A stretch of DNA of 64,000 nucleotides from Kiritimatiellia bacterium (lineage in GTDB: Bacteria > Verrucomicrobiota > Kiritimatiellia > RFP12 > UBA1067). The notes under the pieces were generated by a model. The model did no database searches and was not told the origin of the DNA. It saw nothing but the letters and a program-made list of their open reading frames with translations. Location of the stretch: NCBI GenBank assembly GCA_028686345.1, contig JAQUCE010000002.1, positions 42,735-106,734 on the forward strand, read 5' to 3'. Every line of letters starts with the position of its first letter. The stretch's first letter is position 1. Of the stretch, positions 8,125 through 16,456 are shown in pieces. Both the position numbers and the translations under genes were made by a program.

Positions 8125-8934
8125 TTATTTGAGAGCCCACTCAGAAGAGCTGTACTCCCCTTTCAACTTTGTGCGCATCTGATCAGCGCGCGATGAATGG
8201 CCCAGTTTCTCAAAGCACTTGGCCGCCTTGTACAACGCTTCCGGCTGCGCGGCCTTGATTCCGCTGTAAAGCGTAATCACGCGCAAATAGCCATCACGCA
8301 AAGCCCTGCTGGCGCTCTCATTGGTGTCGCCATCTTTCCTGATCATATCACCACGCATAATCAGTGCAAAAGCGGAAGCGGAACGATCCGCGTTTTTCAC
8401 CGCTTGTGTAATCAGATCGTCCAATCTGGCTGTCCGGTCACCCATTAGCAGCGCTGCCCAGTAGGCGGGTGCCATATCGCCTTGATAGGCAGCCGTTGGA
8501 TCAGCGGCGATCACCCGCTCGCAGACCTTGATTGCATTAGAGGGGTCATTGTCTTTGACATAAGCCTCGGCCAGCAGACGTGTTGCCGGCCTGTCCCAGA
8601 TCAGCATGAAGTAGTCGTTGATAATCTTGTTCAGCACAGGAATGGCGGCAGCGGCGCCCTCGCCGCGCTTAAGGCTCGCTTCAATTGCGGTTAACTCCGC
8701 CGGCTTGGGGATGAGCAGCCGCGCAATCATATCCCGTTCCAGCGTCAGCTCAATATTGCCCGGGCCTGACGCACGAATGCCGTAGGCTTTGTCGCGGCTC
8801 TTCCAGGTAATCTCGCCATCCAGTCTTTTCCCGTCAGTCGTGACAATCGTGCCCTGTATGGCGGCCATCCCGGCGCCTGCTGTTAGCAGCAGGGCTGTCA
8901 AAAGAACTCTTTCAATACTTTTTCTCATACTCAT
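8125..8934 (-). CDS. Hypothetical secreted protein (signal peptide; helical, TPR-like) in the Ton-like operon
   Basis: N-terminal LLTALLLTAGAGMAA signal-like segment. No recognised catalytic motifs. It is operonic with exbB. Confidence 0.45.
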   Translation of the reverse strand: MSMRKSIERVLLTALLLTAGAGMAAIQGTIVTTDGKRLDGEITWKSRDKAYGIRASGPGNIELTLERDMIARLLIPKPAELTAIEASLKRGEGAAAAIPVLNKIINDYFMLIWDRPATRLLAEAYVKDNDPSNAIKVCERVIAADPTAAYQGDMAPAYWAALLMGDRTARLDDLITQAVKNADRSASAFALIMRGDMIRKDGDTNESASRALRDGYLRVITLYSGIKAAQPEALYKAAKCFEKLGHSSRADQMRTKLKGEYSSSEWALK

Positions 8935-8973
8935 TCCTTATTTATTCCTCAAAACTCGTTGCCATCCACTTGC

Positions 8974-11900
8974 CTACTGTCCGATTTTCGCCTGGTTGAG
9001 CCAGTTCTGCATATCAGTTGCATAGCGTCCCTGCGGGAAGAGTTTGAGATATGTTTCGCAATCCTCCACGGCCTGGTCATAGGCTTTATGCTCCAGCAAC
9101 AGGGGGGTGAAGGCAAAGTAGGCCTTCTCCAGATAGGGTGCCAGTATAGCATCACCGGGATCAAACCGGTCGATAATGGTCATAAACGCCACAATCGCGG
9201 TGCCGCGCGTCGCAGCTGCCTGGTCATCCAGCCCCAGCTTTTTCTCAGCCTCCATCTTGCGCACCAGCATGTTGCCGGTGGCCAGATCGATCTCGGCGAT
9301 CTCGGCTTTGGTCTTGCGGTAGCCCCGCACCAGCTTAAGTGAATCAACCGCCTGGTTGAAGAGGTCTTTACGCAGATCGTTGTCCGCCTCACTCCTGCCC
9401 TCTTCACTGGCCGCTTCGGCCAGCAGCATGTGGGCGTCCACCACTTGCACTAACTTCGAAAGCTCGGGATCAGCCACATACGCTGCCAACAGTTGGCGCG
9501 CCTCACGGTATTGCTTCTGGCCAATCAGCGCTTTGGCTTTGCCCAGTTTGGCCTCAGCAATCAAGGCAAACTCCTTAGACTCGTCCAGCACCTTGTTATA
9601 GGCCTCCAAAGCCAGCGCATCCTCCCGTGCCTGCAGCAGGGCGTTACCGGCCGCGTTGTACTGCCCTGGCGTGTATTTGCCTCCTCCGATGAACATCTCG
9701 CGGTATTTGGCCACGCCCTCACCGCGCAGCCCCATTTCAATCAAACTCGCTGCCAGCATTGGAACCGAGTTTTTGGCTTCGTCGGAGTCGGGGTAATTTT
9801 TGCTGAGAGCTTCAAAGGCCTTCTGGGTCTCTTCCTTGTATTGGTTCTGCTTGGCCTCATCCGTGGCGCTGCCCGCAAGGATCGTGTACAACGTGCCGAG
9901 CTGTAACTGAGCTTTAGGCGCGTATTTGCTCTTGGGGAAAATTGCGAGAAACTCCTTAAACGCGGCAGCCGCTTGGTTGCGGAACTCTGCCAGTTTGTCC
10001 TTGGGGTACTGCAGCTGTGAGAGAGCAACGCCTTTGGTGAATGTGGCCAGCTCCCGCATCTGCTGGTTGCGATCGCTCTCCTCGGCGTTCTTCTGATAGG
10101 CCTCCGGATTGGCCAGCATTTTTGCAACTGAATCAAAGCTGCTCGCAGCTTTCTCCAGTAAGCGGGCACCCTGTTGCAGGACCACTTCATCGGTCTCGTT
10201 GGTGGCTGATTTCAAAAGATATGCGCCATATGAGCGCTCAGCATCAGCTAGGCGGAACTTCGCAACCGTCAGGTTATGGCCCGGACGCTCGCCCTTCTGT
10301 AGCTCGTCAATCATAAACTCCAGCGTGCTCAACTCATTGGAGTAGTTCCCTTCAGCCTTGTAAATTTGCGTGATCCGGTTCAAGGCGTCATGATAATAGG
10401 TGGATGACTTGTACTCGGTGATCACTCTGTCGTAGTAGGCTTTAGCGCCAACGTAGTTCTCGGCTTTGAACTCACGCTCCGCAAAGCTCATTACCAACTG
10501 ACTCGCAGCATAGTGCTTGGGATAATCGCGGAAGAACAAGGCGTAAACCTCACGCTTTTTGTCATCGCGGTTATTGTTGCCGTAATAATCCCCGATCTTA
10601 CGCACCTGGTCACCAGCGGCCTTCATCAAATCCTCCTTGGTGGCAAAACGCTCGGAGAGATGCCCCACCACGGTATCAGCCATCAGCTCATCGTCGGCAC
10701 CGCCCTCAATATAGCAGATGGCAAGATTGCCGAGCGCGTTGACCGACTCCATGGACTCCGGAAACTGGTTCAATACGATCAGATACTTCTCTGCCGCCTC
10801 TTTAAACTGATTCTGGCTGAACAAAAGATTGGCGCCGGCAAACTGCATGGAGCGCACCCGCTCCATCTGCTGCGGGGTCACCTGGATGGGGATATCGACA
10901 TTGTAGCGATCTTTGATAATACTGCGGATCTCATTGGAGTGCTCGCCGGCTTCCGCCGCCCACTGGCTCTCAGGAAAGCGGATAAACACATTGATAAAGT
11001 GGTTAAAAGCACCGTTGTTAGCCCGCCGCTTGGTCCTGGCATCGCGCTCTCCCAGAAAGTAGGCCTTGATCAGCTCCTCATCCGGGGCGGGTTTCTGCAT
11101 CTCCGCCTTGGCCTCATTCAGCAGCAGTAACGCCAGCAGATAGCGGCACTCAGGCATTGGGCTCATCCGCAGCCAGCCCCGTGTGCCGTCAGGATCTTCT
11201 TCCAACAGCGAGTCGTGGATGATCTTCAGCTGCGGCATGTAATTTTCCACCAGTGCTTGCGCGCCTTTGATGTCACCACGCAACATCGCAACATGGGCCT
11301 TCATGACAATCGCTTTACCGAACCAGACATCCTGCTTCCAAAGCAGCTTGTCCGCCAGCGCCTCCGCCTCTTTCAGCATCGCTTCCTTGGCGCCCTTGTC
11401 CTTGCTTTCCGCTGAGAGCTTCAACATCAGCTCCGCCATGTCAGCATTCACATTCCGAGCTCGCCCCTCCTCCAGCTTCACGTTGGACAACAGTTTGTAA
11501 GCCTTCAGCGCCTCCGCGTCCTTGCCCAAATAAAGCAGCATCTGCGCATACTTATAAGCCGAGTCCCGATAAAAGGAGTGCATCGCTTCAGAGGGCTTGG
11601 CCACTTTTTTGAAAAACTCCTGGTAGAGCGCATCCGCCTCGGCATAGCGCTGAAAAGCGTAATACGCGTCCGCCATTGCCAGCGTCAACGCCCAGAACTC
11701 AGGGCTGTTCTTGTCAGCCATTGCGTCAATCTGCGCCTTGACCTCATCAAACTTGCCCTGCCATAGCAATCCCTGAAATTCACGCACCTTGAGCTGCGGT
11801 CCAGCTTCGGGATATGCTCTTTTAACCTCAGCAATCACCTGCTCCGCAATGTCCGGCATACGCAGTTGCTGTAGTAACTCTATATATTTGAGTTCCTCTT

Positions 11901-12012
11901 TAAGCTCTGCATCGGTCTCTGACTCCTGTGCCTTTAGCCTAGGAGTAAGGGCTAAGGCAAAGATGGCCGTGACCGATAGCAACAGAAATCTATGAAATCT
12001 TATGTAACTCAT
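8974..12012 (-). CDS. Large secreted tetratricopeptide (TPR) repeat protein, first gene of the Ton-like operon
   Basis: 1012 aa with signal peptide MSYIRFHRFLLLSVTAIFALALTPRLKAQE. Many AxxAxxxYxxA-type TPR-like helical repeats occur throughout (YYAFQRYAEADALYQEF, etc.). Confidence 0.7.
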   Translation of the reverse strand: MSYIRFHRFLLLSVTAIFALALTPRLKAQESETDAELKEELKYIELLQQLRMPDIAEQVIAEVKRAYPEAGPQLKVREFQGLLWQGKFDEVKAQIDAMADKNSPEFWALTLAMADAYYAFQRYAEADALYQEFFKKVAKPSEAMHSFYRDSAYKYAQMLLYLGKDAEALKAYKLLSNVKLEEGRARNVNADMAELMLKLSAESKDKGAKEAMLKEAEALADKLLWKQDVWFGKAIVMKAHVAMLRGDIKGAQALVENYMPQLKIIHDSLLEEDPDGTRGWLRMSPMPECRYLLALLLLNEAKAEMQKPAPDEELIKAYFLGERDARTKRRANNGAFNHFINVFIRFPESQWAAEAGEHSNEIRSIIKDRYNVDIPIQVTPQQMERVRSMQFAGANLLFSQNQFKEAAEKYLIVLNQFPESMESVNALGNLAICYIEGGADDELMADTVVGHLSERFATKEDLMKAAGDQVRKIGDYYGNNNRDDKKREVYALFFRDYPKHYAASQLVMSFAEREFKAENYVGAKAYYDRVITEYKSSTYYHDALNRITQIYKAEGNYSNELSTLEFMIDELQKGERPGHNLTVAKFRLADAERSYGAYLLKSATNETDEVVLQQGARLLEKAASSFDSVAKMLANPEAYQKNAEESDRNQQMRELATFTKGVALSQLQYPKDKLAEFRNQAAAAFKEFLAIFPKSKYAPKAQLQLGTLYTILAGSATDEAKQNQYKEETQKAFEALSKNYPDSDEAKNSVPMLAASLIEMGLRGEGVAKYREMFIGGGKYTPGQYNAAGNALLQAREDALALEAYNKVLDESKEFALIAEAKLGKAKALIGQKQYREARQLLAAYVADPELSKLVQVVDAHMLLAEAASEEGRSEADNDLRKDLFNQAVDSLKLVRGYRKTKAEIAEIDLATGNMLVRKMEAEKKLGLDDQAAATRGTAIVAFMTIIDRFDPGDAILAPYLEKAYFAFTPLLLEHKAYDQAVEDCETYLKLFPQGRYATDMQNWLNQAKIGQ

Positions 12013-12239
12013 ACTGTGCTTTATACTCTAACCGTGGCTTTTGGTCAATTTCAAATCATCACTTTTTTCTAAAAAGTGCATACAAGTGTAGTCAGCCATG
12101 GTATTTTACACCTTAATATAAGCTTACGTGGCATAGCTGCTGCCCCAAGCGCGCCGAAATAGCTGAGGTCAGCGATCTGAGATAGAGGCCGCTGCAAAAA
12201 AAGTGGGCTAACTTAAAGGCCAAAAGCATCGGGTGGCGC

Positions 12240-12950
12240 TCTGCGAGCGATATGAAAGATGGGCCGCCGCTGGTAGAGCGGCATTTTGCAGCAGACCCGT
12301 GAAAGGCTCGCCCCGGGGTGTAGTAGCCGCTCTATGAGCGGCATTTTGCAGCAGACCCGTGAAAGGCGCGCCCCGGGGTGTAGGGTTGCTTCTCAGAAGC
12401 AATTAGCGGATGCCGGGTGGTTGTTCGCCAAAGGATTTCACTATCTTTGTTTGGCTCATCCGTCTTCGTCCCGCAACCCGGCTTCGCCCTCAAGCGCTGC
12501 TGCGTCGTGGGATGGCGGAACTACGACGGACAAGTTCCGCCAACCCTACACGTTTCCACTGTGATGAAGCTTGCATGTCGTACGACAGGCGCGAGTACGC
12601 GAATGCGCGAATGCGCGAGTTAAAGAGATGGAGACTTTTATGCGACGCAACGCAGCTCCGATTTTCAATCGGACATGTCCGGCTGGAAACCGGAGCTACT
12701 GCGGTCGGACATCTCCGGTTTGCGATAGCGGCGGCGACGATGCTGGTTGACAAGCCCGCGCATGACCCCAATCGTCGGTCAACATCGTCGCACAGTATCG
12801 TCGGCCGCAGCGGCAGGGCACGGCCTCCACCGCGCCGCCTGAACGACCTTGCAGCGCAAGCGCAAACTTTGTCGTTAACTTTGTCGGAGTGGAGTGAGGT
12901 TTTTCAAAAACGTGCGTGAAAAACAACGCAGCGCACTCTCCGTCCCCTCT
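12240..12950. repeat. Mosaic repeat block: a 63-bp direct duplication (12268-12392), then a family 3 copy (12380-12560), then a family 4 copy (12700-12945)
   Basis: Direct comparison with the copies at 2236-2360, 36420-36600, 1741-1917 and 14599-14880. ORF-track ORFs inside this block (e.g. 12410..12919) are judged spurious. Confidence 0.6.
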
Positions 12951-13229
12951 GTGCCTCAATGGCTAAACAAAATTCGCGGCAAAGGGCCAAAACTCTCTCA
13001 TATCCACGCTGTTCGTCCACTTTTGCTGTGCCAACCGCTGCGAAAATTACGCAGAATCAGGGTCGTTTAACTCAATTTATCGAGTTTTAGCCGCCGAAAC
13101 TCTGGAATTTCGAACAAAATGCAAAAAAAAACCTTATTTATGAATTTCTGGTTGCAGTAAACCCCGATTTTAGGTAAATTTGATGATGTTGTTAAATCTA
13201 TTTACAGGAATAAATTCAGAGGTATTGAC

Positions 13230-14366
13230 ATGGGTAAAGCATTAAGAATACTTGTAATCATCATTTTGTTACTGAGTGTTGTCTCGTTGGTGTTCGCGCA
13301 TCTGCTTTTTGAAAAGCGAGTGCTGCTAACTGAAAGGAATCGAATTTTCGAAAACGCGGTCGTTAATCTGGCCAAAACAATCGAAAAAGAAGATGCCGCC
13401 GACTCGACTCCACCCAGCGTAGAAAAAGATATCGCCACGGTTACCGACCGTGAACTGGTAAACCCCGAAAAAGAGCCGATGCTCCAAAACTATCCCATCC
13501 AGCTGGAGCAACAGAACTTGCCCACCTTGGATTTGGATAACACCAAGATGCGTCTGCAGCTGCGCAGTTACTATGTCATCGACCCTGTAACCGGCAAATA
13601 TAAGATCGACGAGCTCAGCCAGCTTCCTGCGACAAAAGGTCCAGGCTCAATGGTCGAAGTGCTTGACAATGTCTTTGAGCGCGCCAAGGTCCAGCAGGCC
13701 AAGCTTAACAGCACCCGCGCCGAGCTGGCTAAAATGCGCGATAAGATGACCGCCGCGGTTGAAGATATCAACGCACTCAAAATCGCTGGCCGCGCCGATA
13801 AAAAAGAGATCACCGAAAAGGCCGGGCAGATTGCTTCGCTACAGGGTGAAGTCGCTGATCTGGAAACCAGAGTTGCCCGCCTGACCAATGAGAAGCGTGA
13901 ACTCGCCGCTGAATTGGCTGACAGCCGCAATGAGGTCGAAACCCTTAACGGCGAACTCGTGGCTGTCAAGGAAGACTTGGTCAAAGCGGAAGAGAAAAAT
14001 GCCGATTGGGAAAAACGCTGGAAAGGCTTGAAAAATAATCCGCTGGGCGACCCTGACGCAATTATCGTGACTGCGCTCAGCGCTGGCGACAAAGGCAAAA
14101 TCATTGAAGCCAATGATGAGCTGAAGTTCGCTATCCTTGAGTTTTCCAACGAAGCCATCACTGAGATGCTCGGCCCTGAGCGTGCCAACCAGCTCCCTCA
14201 ACTGGAGATGAATGTGCGCCGCCCTGGACACCAGAGCGCCTCTGGCGAGTTTATCACCCGCATCAAGCTGCGTCAGGTGGTGCGTGGCAAAAATCTGGTT
14301 GTAGCGGATATCCTCAGCGACTGGCAGCAGGCAACCGTGGAAAAAGGCGATGTCGTATTTTTCTAA
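13230..14366 (+). CDS. Hypothetical N-terminally membrane-anchored coiled-coil protein
   Basis: 378 aa with TM ILVIIILLLSVVSLVFAHLLF, then a long heptad-rich region (AELAKMRDKMTAAVEDINALKIAG...LETRVARLTNEKRELAAELADSRNEVETLNGEL). An AT-rich promoter-like region lies at 13100-13229. Confidence 0.55.
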   Translation: MGKALRILVIIILLLSVVSLVFAHLLFEKRVLLTERNRIFENAVVNLAKTIEKEDAADSTPPSVEKDIATVTDRELVNPEKEPMLQNYPIQLEQQNLPTLDLDNTKMRLQLRSYYVIDPVTGKYKIDELSQLPATKGPGSMVEVLDNVFERAKVQQAKLNSTRAELAKMRDKMTAAVEDINALKIAGRADKKEITEKAGQIASLQGEVADLETRVARLTNEKRELAAELADSRNEVETLNGELVAVKEDLVKAEEKNADWEKRWKGLKNNPLGDPDAIIVTALSAGDKGKIIEANDELKFAILEFSNEAITEMLGPERANQLPQLEMNVRRPGHQSASGEFITRIKLRQVVRGKNLVVADILSDWQQATVEKGDVVFF

Positions 14367-14526
14367 GTCGTTTCCCTTACTAGTGCTGGCCGCACTGCTT
14401 TTCCTGACCTTATTCGCAGGATGTATCCAGGATAGCCCGAATGATACCGATATCCCTTGGGCCGGGCCAGCGAGCTGGGAGGGCACCATGCCACTGCCCG
14501 GCAGTGTCAGAGACCGGTATCAGTAG
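14350..14526 (+). CDS. Possible small lipoprotein (58 aa) overlapping the 3' end of the upstream gene by 17 nt
   Basis: Manual translation gives MSYFSKSFPLLVLAALLFLTLFAGCIQDSPNDTDIPWAGPASWEGTMPLPGSVRDRYQ, with lipobox LFAGC. It is below the ORF-track length cutoff. Confidence 0.3.
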   Translation: MSYFSKSFPLLVLAALLFLTLFAGCIQDSPNDTDIPWAGPASWEGTMPLPGSVRDRYQ

Positions 14527-14598
14527 CCTGCCGCAGCAGCTAGTCAGGCAACCAAATGAGTTGCGCAACACGCCAATGATCAGGCGCGCAGTGTGTCA

Positions 14599-14880
14599 GC
14601 CGCACCTTCGGTTTACGATAACGGCGACAATGCTGACCGACGAGCCCCCGCATGATCCCAATCGTCGGTCAACATCGTCGCACAGCATCGTCGTTCGATG
14701 TCGCTGGCAGAGCGGCTGCTACACATGCGCTGCACTGCGGAGTGCAAGAGAAAATCAGTGCCTGTCCCCAGAAAATCCCTAATCTCAATCTTAATCATAA
14801 GCGTAAATTTTGTCGCAAGCTTTGTCGTTAACTTTGTCGGAGTGGAATGAACGCGCTACGTTGTTTTTGAGGTGAAAAAT
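14599..14880 (+). repeat. Dispersed repeat family 4 copy
   Basis: Shares cggtttacgata.cggcgac.atgctg...caatcgtcggtcaacatcgtcgcacag...tttgtcgcaagctttgtcgttaactttgtcggagtggaatgaacgcg with the other copies. Confidence 0.6.
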
Positions 14881-14892
14881 CTTAGCGGTGAA

Positions 14893-14961
14893 AAATGGGC
14901 ATCCACCGCATAGCGGCGGATATACTGAAAGCAACACAGTATATCCGCCGCTATGCGGTGG
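14893..14961. repeat. ~66-bp near-perfect palindrome built from two inverted copies of the 26-bp core ATCCACCGCATAGCGGCGGATATACT (the same core as the 4421-4590 tandem array), ~60 bp upstream of the ROK kinase gene
   Basis: Read directly: catccaccgcatagcggcggatatactg-aaagcaacac-agtatatccgccgctatgcggtggatg. Confidence 0.8.
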
Positions 14962-15019
14962 ATGATTGTGAAACAAGCCGCAATAAGGCCCGATAGACAA
15001 CTTTCAGGAAAGAATATTT

Positions 15020-16249
15020 ATGGCAACTCAATACTGCATGGGCATTGATGTCGGCGGCTCGCATATCACCCTTGATTTGGTGAATGACACCACCTTGGAA
15101 ATCCTGCCGCAAAGCACTATCCGTAAAAACCTGAATACCAACGCCGCACCAATCGAGGTGCTGAGCGTCTTTGAAGCTGCCATCCTTGAGTGCGCTGCCA
15201 TCACTGGCCAAGATGCGGTACGCGGTGTTGGCCTGGCAATCCCCGGCCCATTCAACTACAGCGAGGGCATCTGCAAAATCACGCCTGCCCAACAGAAGTA
15301 TGAGCAGATGTTCGGCATCAACTTCAGGGCCAGCCTGTGTAACGCGCTCACGCCATCCAAACCAATCATCTTCAACAACGATGCCGCCTGCTTTGCCATG
15401 GGTGAGTACTTCCGTGGCGGTGCCAAGGGATTTGAGAACGCCATTGTCGTGACCCTCGGCACTGGTTTCGGTGCATCTTTCCTGCTGCGAGGCCGACCGC
15501 AAAGTAGCGGTGTTGGGGTCACCAAGGGCGGCGAACTGTGGGATGTGCCCTACCGCGAGGGGATTGCCGATGACTATTTCTCCACCCGCTGGCTGGTGAA
15601 CGAGTGGAAAAAGCGTAGTGGCAGCGAGATCGCCGGCGGCAAGGAGCTTGCCCGGGCCGCCCTCTCCGGCAATGCCGTTGCACAGGCGCTCTTCCGTGAG
15701 TTCGGCTCCAATCTGGCGGAGTTCATCACCCCCTGGCTGAATGGGTTCAAAGCCGACGCCTTTGTGATTGGAGGCAATCTGGCCCTTGACTGGAATCTTT
15801 TTGTCCCGGCGCTTGAGGCCGGCCTCGCTGGTCAGCTCTCCAAGCTGGTCGCAATCAAGCCCTGTACCCTTGGCGAGCAGGCGCCGATCTACGGCGCCGC
15901 GCTGGCCTTGACCATGGTTGAACCAGCGGTTGCCGCGGAGCTGGACGCATCAGCTGACATTGACATTGATGCCATTCTCACAACACTCCAGTCAAATCAA
16001 CGGGTAATGATCGACGGAGCTGCCTCCACTCCCTGGAGCAGCCTGTGCCTAACACTTGATCGCGCCCTGCGCCGCAAAGGCATCAAAGCACTTTGGTTTG
16101 ATGCGAGCGCAGCGCATGGGGCGGATGGATCCATCGACGCAGAGCAGTTGGCAAATATCCGTTTCGACTCAACCGCCGCACTCAACATCCTGATCGGAAC
16201 CAATGCCGCGGAGGCGAACTGGGACAATGCCGCGAAGATCACGCTTTGA
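15020..16249 (+). CDS. ROK family sugar kinase (glucokinase/N-acetylhexosamine kinase-like) with a ~100-aa C-terminal extension
   Basis: N-terminal GIDVGGSHITLDLV (ATP-binding), LGTGFGASF, and the overall ROK fold signature. AGGAAAG RBS. Confidence 0.75.
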   Translation: MATQYCMGIDVGGSHITLDLVNDTTLEILPQSTIRKNLNTNAAPIEVLSVFEAAILECAAITGQDAVRGVGLAIPGPFNYSEGICKITPAQQKYEQMFGINFRASLCNALTPSKPIIFNNDAACFAMGEYFRGGAKGFENAIVVTLGTGFGASFLLRGRPQSSGVGVTKGGELWDVPYREGIADDYFSTRWLVNEWKKRSGSEIAGGKELARAALSGNAVAQALFREFGSNLAEFITPWLNGFKADAFVIGGNLALDWNLFVPALEAGLAGQLSKLVAIKPCTLGEQAPIYGAALALTMVEPAVAAELDASADIDIDAILTTLQSNQRVMIDGAASTPWSSLCLTLDRALRRKGIKALWFDASAAHGADGSIDAEQLANIRFDSTAALNILIGTNAAEANWDNAAKITL

Positions 16250-16311
16250 GAATTTTGGATTTTAGATTTTACATTTCAGCTCCGCGATTGCCAAGCGCCA
16301 CCACCGGCTAC

Positions 16312-16456
16312 GCCAAGCGCCACCACCGGGTTTACCCCGGTGGAGCGATGATCAGACCGAACGCACGATCGCCAAGGCCACCACCCCGCCACGCCACCAC
16401 CGCTCGCCCCGCCAAGCGCCACCACCGGGTTTACCCCGGTGGAGCGATGATCAGAG
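16312..16456. terminator. Two direct copies of a 45-bp unit (16312-16356 and 16411-16456), each holding the perfect hairpin CCACCGGG-TTTAC-CCCGGTGG. They lie between the convergent ROK and FKP-like genes and are putative bidirectional terminators.
   Basis: The palindromes are read directly. The second copy abuts/overlaps the FKP-like stop codon (16451-16453). Confidence 0.5.

Noticed and set aside
12410-12919. ORF-track ORFs lying inside intergenic repeat blocks (12410-12919, 12286-12564, 36070-36444, 36357-36656, 14441-14782, 16246-16587, 48294-48536)
   Set aside because: They coincide with dispersed repeat modules present in several orientations, have repeat-derived low-complexity translations, and show no RBS/start context. 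Judged spurious.
13571-14489. Minus-strand ORFs (13571-14188, 13839-14489) overlapping the coiled-coil protein gene
   Set aside because: Antisense to a gene with a clear TM anchor and heptad periodicity. Their translations are Ser/Ala-rich low-complexity.
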